Positions 57,067 to 64,000 of a DNA stretch of 64,000 nt are shown here, piece after piece. A program made the translations under genes and the position numbers. Where the stretch lies: the NCBI GenBank assembly GCA_963826875.1, contig CAWGYP010000023.1, positions 458,602-522,601 on the forward strand, written 5' to 3'. The notes beneath the pieces are model-generated. The model had not been told where the DNA came from. It did no database searches and worked only from the letters and a program-made list of their open reading frames with translations. How positions within the stretch are numbered: the stretch's first letter is position 1; the number at the start of each line of letters is the position of its first letter. This DNA comes from an uncultured Acidobacteriaceae bacterium. Lineage in GTDB: Bacteria; Acidobacteriota; Terriglobia; Terriglobales; Acidobacteriaceae.

Positions 57067-58833
57067 TCACTGGTAGTTATTGGGCAAAGCCGGTGAAGTG
57101 TCTCGATAGGGCAAGAGAACAGTGAATACTGCTCCGGTCGAGCCGTTCTGACTATTAGACCGTGCTTCCACGGTTCCCCCATGGCGCTCGGCGATCTCTT
57201 TGCAAACCCACAAGCCCAATCCCGTTCCCACGTCCTTTTTAGTGGTAAAAAAAGGCTCGAAAATTCGCTTCATGTTCTCCGGAGAAATGCCGGGACCATC
57301 GTCTTCTATCTGCAGCTTGATTGCCTCGCCGCTGACAAGCTTGATGGTGGATGAGTCGATTTTCAACGTGCCGTTGTAAGGCAGCGCATCAATCGCATTC
57401 GAAATGATATTTGAGATGAGTTGCTGTATTTCACCTGCGAAACCGTTGACGGGCTGACTCTCCTGCAGGGAAAGGTGAAGCCTGATTTGCTTTTGCTGCA
57501 ATTTCGTCGCATACACGGTAAGCGTTTGTTCAACCACGGTCGGAATATCCACCCGCGAGGGTAGAGTTGATTCTCGATAGAAGCCCAGGGTCTGGCGTGT
57601 AATGTGGGACACTCTTGCCAACTCCTGCTCAGCCATTTTGAGGTGTTGCTCGACAGCTTCCTTCGATTCCGAATTTGTTCGGGCGAGAAAAATCAGGTTC
57701 CCGACAGCTTCCAGGGGATTATTAATCTCATGAGCAACAGTGGCTGCCAGGCGAGCTGCCGCCGCCAGTTTCTCGGTTCTCCGAAGAACTTCCTGGAGGC
57801 TGCGTTCATGGCTGGCGTCGCGAAATACCAGGACGACCCCAATCAGGCGGCCCGAATCGTCAGTAATGGGCGCGGCGCTATCTTCGATAGGTATCAGGTG
57901 GCCTTCGCGATGCCTCAAGACCGTGTGGTTCGCGAGGCCTACGACACCACCCAGCGTCAAGACCTTTTCCACGGGGTTCTCTACCGGGCTGTTCGTCGCT
58001 TCATTGAAGATTGGAAATATATCGTGAATCCTTTTGCCCTTGGCCTCTTCCAGCCTGGTGCCGGTGAGGCGCTCTGCAACCGGATTCAGAAATGAGATCA
58101 GGCCTTGATGGTCGGTCGCAATAACACCTTCTGCAATGGAAGAGAGCGTGACCCTGAACCACTCTTCGCTTTGCTGCAGCGCGGCAGCGTCTCTTTCCCG
58201 CCTTCGCCTATCACGAAACACAGAAAGTGCCAGTAGCCCCAGTCCCAGAGCTGCAACTACACTGGCCAGGTAGATACAGGCCGCGGTAATCCTGATGCTT
58301 TTCCGATATGCCTCCCTGCGGGCGTTACCTACCGAATTCTCCTCCTGCTCCATCTGCTCGACAAGGGAACGAATGCCTTCCGTAAGGTTGAACCCCTGGT
58401 CGGACATCACTAACGCCTTGGCCCCCGCCGCGTCCCCTGATCGGAAGAGCGAGATGGTCCGAGCCAGCTCAACGAGTTTCTTATCGATCAGAACCCGAAG
58501 GTTCGCGGCTTCTGATTGCTCCTTAGGGTTATCCCCAATCGAATTGACCAGGTTTTGCAGATGAGCATCCATCTGGCCAATCGCGCGGTCATAGGGGAGG
58601 AGATAGTTCTGCTTTCCGGTATACAGAAACCCGCGCTGGCCAGCCTCCGCATCCTTAACCAGGGACTCGGTGATTCTGAGTTCCTGAACCACCCGGCGGC
58701 TATGACTGAACCATTCCTGATTCCCCACTTGAACGGCCAGCTGATGTCTCACTACGACCGTGTTGATCACGAGGAGGACGAGAAGTGCTAAGAAGCCAAC
58801 AATCACCCCGAAGCGTTTGTGCGTTGAGCGCAT
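57067..58833 (-). CDS. Sensor histidine kinase (CHASE3 + PAS + HisKA + HATPase_c)
   Basis: TM helix, then CHASE3-like ESLVKDAEAGQRGFLYTG...YL.PY. PAS-like region. H-box VAHEINNPL. G-box GTGLGLWVCKEIAERHGG. Confidence 0.85.
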   Translation of the reverse strand: MRSTHKRFGVIVGFLALLVLLVINTVVVRHQLAVQVGNQEWFSHSRRVVQELRITESLVKDAEAGQRGFLYTGKQNYLLPYDRAIGQMDAHLQNLVNSIGDNPKEQSEAANLRVLIDKKLVELARTISLFRSGDAAGAKALVMSDQGFNLTEGIRSLVEQMEQEENSVGNARREAYRKSIRITAACIYLASVVAALGLGLLALSVFRDRRRRERDAAALQQSEEWFRVTLSSIAEGVIATDHQGLISFLNPVAERLTGTRLEEAKGKRIHDIFPIFNEATNSPVENPVEKVLTLGGVVGLANHTVLRHREGHLIPIEDSAAPITDDSGRLIGVVLVFRDASHERSLQEVLRRTEKLAAAARLAATVAHEINNPLEAVGNLIFLARTNSESKEAVEQHLKMAEQELARVSHITRQTLGFYRESTLPSRVDIPTVVEQTLTVYATKLQQKQIRLHLSLQESQPVNGFAGEIQQLISNIISNAIDALPYNGTLKIDSSTIKLVSGEAIKLQIEDDGPGISPENMKRIFEPFFTTKKDVGTGLGLWVCKEIAERHGGTVEARSNSQNGSTGAVFTVLLPYRDTSPALPNNYQ

Positions 58834-59156
58834 GGCCGTCCGTTTGTATCCCCTCGCAGAATTCAATATTTGCCCCGCTTGGCTTGTCAAGAGAAGCGAA
58901 TATGCCTTAGGTAAGCTAATCTGCAAACTGCTGGCATCCCTGACCGTCCTTTCGACCGCGGCTGAATGTTGGCACTTGGATGGCAGGTTACGCGACGAAG
59001 TTGCCCTGGAGGTACGCGGAAGGACAAAGACAGTAACAATAGTAGATATTTTTCTCTGAGACTCTCAATTCCCTGCTCACCTGATTGGGCCGCTTTACTC
59101 TATCAACGCACGGCCGCCCGGCGCGGCGGCAAGCGTCAATTTCGTACAATATCGTA

Positions 59157-59555
59157 ATGAGCGCTACTCCACGTTACACCGGCGAACACGCCACTTCCGG
59201 TCTTGACTGGAACTTTCCTGCCATTGAAACGTGGGAGAACCAATTCCCGGGCTATGAGATCCTGATCGACGATCCTGAGTTCACTTCCGTCTGCCCAAAG
59301 ACCGGTTTGCCCGATTTCGGCGCCCTCACGGTCCGCTATATGCCGCAACAGCGCTGCCTCGAACTGAAGTCGATGAAGGAATACTTGTTCACCTACCGCA
59401 ACCTCGGGATCTTTCAGGAAAACGTCGTGAATCGGGTACTGGAGGACGTGGTAAAGGCCTGCGAACCTGTATGGGCTATCGTCAAAGGGGAGTTCAGACC
59501 CCGTGGTGGTATTTCGACCACGATCGAGGCCCGGTGGCCTCGTCCCCGATCCTAA
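59157..59555 (+). CDS. queF: NADPH-dependent 7-cyano-7-deazaguanine (preQ0) reductase
   Basis: Catalytic Cys context EFTSVCPKTGLPDF. QueF motif LELKSMKEYLFTYRN. Size fits type I QueF. Confidence 0.9.
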   Translation: MSATPRYTGEHATSGLDWNFPAIETWENQFPGYEILIDDPEFTSVCPKTGLPDFGALTVRYMPQQRCLELKSMKEYLFTYRNLGIFQENVVNRVLEDVVKACEPVWAIVKGEFRPRGGISTTIEARWPRPRS

Positions 59556-59570
59556 TCCCTCCGGTTGTCG

Positions 59571-60524
59571 CTATTCCGGTAACACTAACTCGGGAAGTGC
59601 CTTCTCCGTCACTGCCACTTCCTTGACTCTCGCGCTGGTGACGAGAATCACTGAGAGCACCACGACGGCGCTCCCGGCCGCAATGAATCCGTTCACCCGT
59701 TCGTGCAGGACCAACCACCCCAGGAAGACGGCCACCACTGGATTCACATATGCGTAAGTCGATACTTTGGACGTGGGCACATGCTCCAGCAACCAGATGT
59801 ACGCTGTATAGCCGATCCAGGAGCCACAAACGATCAGGTAGCAAACTGCGCCGATGCCGCGTGGGTTCCACACCACGCGATGAAGATCCTCCACCAGAAA
59901 CGCAAAGATGAAGTTCGCGATCCCGGCCGCAGTTACTTGCCATCCAGTCGCGCTGAAAGCATTCATGCCCGACTGCCACCTTTTCGATAACACCGATCCG
60001 AGGGCCCAACTGAAGGAGCCGCCAAGCAGGCTCAGCGACGCCCAGAGCTCCTTTCGACCGATTGCCGTACTTGATATGAGCTCAGGGTAAAAGAGGATGA
60101 ACAGCCCAAGAACACCGAGGACAAGTCCGGCCTTACCGCGCGCTGCAATACGGTGATGGCCAAGCAACATCGAGTCCAGAATCAGGAACCATAAGGGTGT
60201 AATCGCAACAATGAGTGCCGCAAGGCCGGTGGAGACGTAAAGCTCCGCATAAGAAAGGGTAAGATTGCCGCCCATCAACAATAAAACGCCCACCACGGCG
60301 GCCAGGGCGATCTGCCGTGGCGAATACCAGATTTTGCGCCCAGTCAATGCACAGACAGCCAGCATGACGACGCCCGCAACGGAAAATCGGATCCCGCACA
60401 TCAGGCCCGGCGGAATCGACTGCACCGCGATGTCGATTCCCAGATAGGTCGATCCCCAGAACAGGTAGACCAGACCGAATGCGAGCATGATCTTCCATCG
60501 GCTTGGGTGGGTGATTTGGTGCAT
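59571..60524 (-). CDS. EamA-family (DMT superfamily) transporter
   Basis: 317 aa with about 10 TM helices in two similar halves. WGSTYL and ALGSV-type EamA patterns. Confidence 0.8.
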   Translation of the reverse strand: MHQITHPSRWKIMLAFGLVYLFWGSTYLGIDIAVQSIPPGLMCGIRFSVAGVVMLAVCALTGRKIWYSPRQIALAAVVGVLLLMGGNLTLSYAELYVSTGLAALIVAITPLWFLILDSMLLGHHRIAARGKAGLVLGVLGLFILFYPELISSTAIGRKELWASLSLLGGSFSWALGSVLSKRWQSGMNAFSATGWQVTAAGIANFIFAFLVEDLHRVVWNPRGIGAVCYLIVCGSWIGYTAYIWLLEHVPTSKVSTYAYVNPVVAVFLGWLVLHERVNGFIAAGSAVVVLSVILVTSARVKEVAVTEKALPELVLPE

Positions 60525-61456
60525 GATTGGAACTAGCTGCTCCGTGCGGTCCCTTGCAAGCCTACCGCGCGTCCCGTTGGGAGACCACGGGTCGCTCCTT
60601 CCCTCTTACCTCTGATCCTATATTTCGCTCTAGACGAAAACCGATCGGAACGAAGGCATCGTAATCTCTTGTGCCAATGAACACCTGCTGTAATGGAGCG
60701 CCATGCTGCCTTGTATCAAAATGAAGGAACTTGAAGTTAGCCGCGATCGGTATACCGAACGCCGGAATAAAACAGTTCCCCAAAAGCCAGAAAGACGCCA
60801 GTGGTCCCCTGGCAATCGGAGGCTGGGCCTCGCTCAATCGTCCTACCTCATACAGTTGCATTTGCAAAACTGCCCCGAGTGCCGGCACCAGTCATAGAAG
60901 CCCAGGATCGTTGAGACTCGAGCAAGTGCGACGGAAAATCATCCGGCCAAGCTCCCCTAATCGACCGCCCTTTAGAGTAACCCCGCGGTGGTGACTACAA
61001 TTCGGTTACTTGTCAAGAAGATATTGACTCATTAATGCAATGATGGTTCGAGAGTACTGGCTTCAGCCCATCCCCGGCTGAAACAGGCGGGCCCGCCTTT
61101 CCAAAAACAGTTCACAGGTAAACCCCTGAATGGCGACACCCTGGACTTCACTGACAGAGGGAACGAACGACCGCGAAGTCTCGTCCTCAGGACACGCCAA
61201 AGGACTGTTTTCTGACTTGGGACAGGTCCTTGAGCGTCTCTGGATCTTCTACGATGCCATGCAGCGTGGAACGCCCGTTCCTAATTCCGACGAGGTCCTC
61301 TCACAAATGGGAGTAGCCCTTCGCCGGGTCTCAACGCGCCAGAGTGGTCGTGTTGGCGCTGGACTCTAGAGCACGAAAAATCTCCGATCGAAAAGGGTTC
61401 CCGCTGCTGATTGGCGAGTCGTCCGCGCGAAGCACTGCTGCAGGGACGACAAGCTT

Positions 61457-61946
61457 GTAACTCGGCACGGGAGTGCCGGGTACGTCGGGGTTTACGAGGC
61501 AAGTCCCGAAGGGACGGCACAGCCTGTAGCCCGGCACGACAATGCCGGCAGCTCACAGGGTTTACGAGGCGAGTCCCGAAGGGACGGCACAACCTGTAGC
61601 CCGGCACGGCAGTGCCGGGTACGTCAGGGTTTACGAGGCAAGTCCCGAAGGGACGGCACATTGCCTGTAGCCCGGCACGACAATGCCGGCCGCTCACAGG
61701 GTTTACGAGGCGAGTCCCGAAGGGACGGCACAACCTGTAGCCCGGCACGGCAGTGCCGGGTACGTCAGGGTTTACGAGGCAAGTCCCGAAGGGACGGCAC
61801 AGCCTGTAGCCCGGCACGACAATGCCGGCCGCTCACAGGGTTTACGAGGCGAGTCCCGAAGGGACGGCACAACCTGTAGCCCGGCACGGCAGTGCCGGGT
61901 ACGTCAGGGTTTACGAGGCAAGTCCCGAAGGGACGGCACATTGCCT
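61457..61946. repeat. Tandem array of seven 69-71-bp hairpin units (alternating A/B subtypes)
   Basis: Units start at 61457, 61526, 61596, 61667, 61737, 61806 and 61876. A unit: GTAGCCCGGCACGGCAGTGCCGGGTACGTCAGGGTTTACGAGGCAAGTCCCGAAGGGACGGCAC... The B unit has CCGGCACGACAATGCCGG. U3 equals U7 and U4 equals U6. Confidence 0.9.
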
Positions 61947-62066
61947 AACTCGTACGTCAGCAACCATCCCTCCGATCGGCGGAACCCCTCTGCCTCCTAA
62001 CCTTCGACTGATAAGGTTGTCGTTTACTCGTCGACCTTCGCGGGGCATAAAGCGGAAAAATGAATC

Positions 62067-63164
62067 ATGGCTAAGAAGATAGCACTGGTAGTGGGAGCAA
62101 CCGGCATCGTTGGCGGGAACCTGGCAGCGCTTCTCGACCAACAAGCCGGCTGGGTCGTGTATGGGATGTCTCGCAAGCCGGCGGCCGCTGGAAATGTGAT
62201 TCCCCTGGGCTCCGATCTCCAGGATGCGGAGTCTGTTGTTCGAGCAGTGAAAGACATCGCCCCAACGCACGTTTTCCTTGCTACTTGGCTTCGTCAGCCC
62301 ACAGAGGCTGAGAACATCCGCGTCAATGCCGGCATGGTGCGCAACCTGTTGGACGCCGTATCAAGACCGGGCTCTGTCGAGCGTGTCGCCCTGGTCACAG
62401 GACTCAAGCACTACCTGGGCCCATTCGAGGCATATGGCAAAGGCACCTTGCCGGCAACGCCCTTTCGCGAGGAGCAACCACGGCTCGCGATCGAAAACTT
62501 CTACTATGCGCAGGAAGATGAAGTTTTCGCGGCCGCGGAGCGCAATGGCTTCGGCTGGAGTGTCCATCGCCCTCACACCATCATTGGGTATGCCGTGGGC
62601 AATGCCATGAATATGGGAGTGACGCTGGCGGTGTATGCGTCGATTTGCCGGGAGACCGGGCGCCCGTTTCGATTTCCAGGCTCAGCAGTGCAGTGGAACG
62701 GCCTGACAGATATGACCGATGCACGGCTGCTGGCCCGGCATCTTCTCTGGGCGTCGACGACCGCTGCGGCACGCAACCAGGCTTTCAATGTCGTGAACGG
62801 AGATGTCTTTCGCTGGAGTTGGATGTGGGAGCAGATCGCCAAATGGTTCGGCGTCGAACCGGAACCGTTCTCTGGCGAGGGGGCTCCCCTGGAGACACAA
62901 CTAGCTGGCGCAGCTCCTCTCTGGACAGAGATCGCGGCCAGGCATCGATTGGTCGAATCGAATCTCGATGTTCTGGTTTCGCCATGGCATACAGACGCGG
63001 ATTTGGGCCGCCCTATCGAGGTCGTTACTGACATGTCGAAGAGCCGGAAACTTGGCTTTCTCGACTACCAGGCAACCGGCGATAGCTTTCTTGAGTTGTT
63101 CAGCAGGCTCCGGAGCGAGCGACTTATTCCCGATTCTCTGATCCGATACCGCAGAAGAAGTTAG
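62067..63164 (+). CDS. SDR-family NAD(P)-dependent oxidoreductase (extended/atypical, 5-beta-reductase-like)
   Basis: Glycine-rich VVGATGIVGGNL. 365 aa. Overall pattern of extended SDRs. Confidence 0.75.
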   Translation: MAKKIALVVGATGIVGGNLAALLDQQAGWVVYGMSRKPAAAGNVIPLGSDLQDAESVVRAVKDIAPTHVFLATWLRQPTEAENIRVNAGMVRNLLDAVSRPGSVERVALVTGLKHYLGPFEAYGKGTLPATPFREEQPRLAIENFYYAQEDEVFAAAERNGFGWSVHRPHTIIGYAVGNAMNMGVTLAVYASICRETGRPFRFPGSAVQWNGLTDMTDARLLARHLLWASTTAAARNQAFNVVNGDVFRWSWMWEQIAKWFGVEPEPFSGEGAPLETQLAGAAPLWTEIAARHRLVESNLDVLVSPWHTDADLGRPIEVVTDMSKSRKLGFLDYQATGDSFLELFSRLRSERLIPDSLIRYRRRS

Positions 63165-63221
63165 TAAGGACAGTGCTGTCCGGCTGCTGGTATCCTTCCC
63201 GCTGAACTGGCGACGGGGATA

Positions 63222-64000
63222 ATGCGGCTGATAACAAATTCCTTTCTGGCAATAGGCCTGTGTATCCCCTTGGTCATGGCCAAAGCTCAGCAACCGGGAC
63301 AGCAACAACCGCAACTCGGTTCCCGGAATGTTCCGCTGATCACCGTCGATGGATTGCGTTTCCGTGACTTGAATCGCGACGGCAAACTGGAACCCTACGA
63401 GGACTGGCGTCTCCCTGCTCAGCAGAGAGCAAACGATCTGGCCGGCCGCATGTCGCTCGAAGAGAAGTCCGGCCTCATGATGCACGCGTCGGCGCCTGCC
63501 AAGGGTTCCCCGGAAATCGGACGAGGGACGGAGTACGACCTCGCGAAGGCGGGAGAGATGATCTCGGGGAAGAAGGTGATGACCTTCATCACTCGACTGA
63601 CCGCTCCTCCCGCCGCCTTTGCTAAGCAGAACAACCTTCTCCAGGAGCTGGCGGAAAAGACACGCCTCGCGATACCGCTCACCATCAGCACGGATCCTCG
63701 TAACAGTTTCGAGGCCACGGTAGGAGCAAGCAATGACGCCGGTAGCTTTTCTCAATGGCCGGACACGACGGGAATGGCCGCCCTCGGCCGGCCCGATGTG
63801 ACCCGGAAGTTCGGCGACATTGCGCGGCAGGAGTATCTCTCAGTCGGCATCCAGATGACGCTTTCGCCCCAGGCAGATCTTTCGACCGAACCGCGATGGT
63901 CACGTATTGATGGAACATTCGGCGAGGACCCTCAGGTGGCGAAATCCATGGTGGAGGCCTACATTGCCGGCTTTCAAGAGGGAGAAACAGGACTGCACCC
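63222..64000 (+). CDS. Glycoside hydrolase family 3 (beta-glucosidase-like), N-terminal part; runs off the window
   Basis: My own translation from ATG 63222: signal MRLITNSFLAIGLCIPLVMAKAQ, then FRDLNRDGKLEPYEDWRLP...MSLEEKSGLMMH...ISTDPRN...SPQADLSTEPRWSRIDGTFGEDP. It is absent from the ORF track because no stop falls in the window. Confidence 0.8.
   Translation, partial: MRLITNSFLAIGLCIPLVMAKAQQPGQQQPQLGSRNVPLITVDGLRFRDLNRDGKLEPYEDWRLPAQQRANDLAGRMSLEEKSGLMMHASAPAKGSPEIGRGTEYDLAKAGEMISGKKVMTFITRLTAPPAAFAKQNNLLQELAEKTRLAIPLTISTDPRNSFEATVGASNDAGSFSQWPDTTGMAALGRPDVTRKFGDIARQEYLSVGIQMTLSPQADLSTEPRWSRIDGTFGEDPQVAKSMVEAYIAGFQEGETGLH

Noticed and set aside
58927-59156. preQ1 riboswitch upstream of queF.
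   Set aside because: I could not find the compact preQ1-I/II consensus features (a short hairpin followed by an A-rich tail near the RBS) in the 230-nt upstream region. A covariance-model scan would be needed to be sure.
60562-60888. 108-aa ORF just upstream of, and co-oriented with, the EamA transporter.
   Set aside because: It has a GTG start with no visible RBS, no recognisable motif, and overlapping ORFs on the other strand. Support is insufficient to call a gene, though a small leader protein cannot be excluded.
61457-61946. Possible CRISPR array, given regularly spaced hairpin-containing repeats.
   Set aside because: The sequence between the hairpins is itself repeated (whole 70-bp units recur, some exactly). 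There are no unique spacers, and no cas genes are in the window. It is a tandem repeat, not a CRISPR array.
62901-63755. 284-aa minus-strand ORF near the window end.
   Set aside because: The plus strand from 63222 translates into a clear GH3 glycosidase N-terminus with a signal peptide, open to the window edge. The minus-strand ORF also overlaps the SDR gene end and has no recognisable features.
1-64000. tRNA, rRNA, transposase, integrase or prophage genes that would mark a mobile island.
   Set aside because: By-eye scanning of the intergenic regions found no T-loop or acceptor-like tRNA structure and no rRNA-like stretch. None of the ORF translations resembles a DDE or serine/tyrosine recombinase or a phage structural protein.

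Overview
GC-rich chromosomal segment that looks acidobacterial (Acidobacteriota, Terriglobia-like). The taxon call rests on gene content only; no database search or GC calculation was possible. The window holds four full-length PadR-associated ADOP-type duplicated MacB/FtsX permeases plus decayed PadR and ADOP copies. It also holds many secreted hydrolases (M23-like, GH clan A, GH3, M28/PSMA-like, serine hydrolase, alpha/beta hydrolase), signalling genes (LytS/LytTR, CHASE3 kinase, 7TM-PP2C, ECF sigma/anti-sigma) and an RHH-MazF toxin-antitoxin pair. Several distinct families of hairpin-forming intergenic repeats are present. I recognised no rRNA, tRNA, CRISPR array, transposase or integrase. 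Main candidates for follow-up: (1) at 25.5-28.3 kb, a TIR-domain gene facing a translationally coupled operon of a SLOG/DprA-like Rossmann protein and an intact patatin phospholipase, a possible Thoeris/CBASS-hybrid nucleotide-signalling defence module; (2) at 4.6-9.6 kb, a cassette-like run of small secreted-protein genes, each bounded by copies of one imperfect-hairpin repeat; (3) at 52.7-56.2 kb, an 862-aa flavin-monooxygenase-like/DegT-aminotransferase fusion with an uncharacterised partner gene; (4) a 490-bp tandem array with nested 70/140/280-bp periodicity inside a 1.5-kb gene-free region; (5) two frameshifts in one sigma-controlled double-ABC operon, and relics of the PadR-ADOP modules. 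Start codons were refined by eye from RBS and signal-peptide context and are less certain than stop codons.
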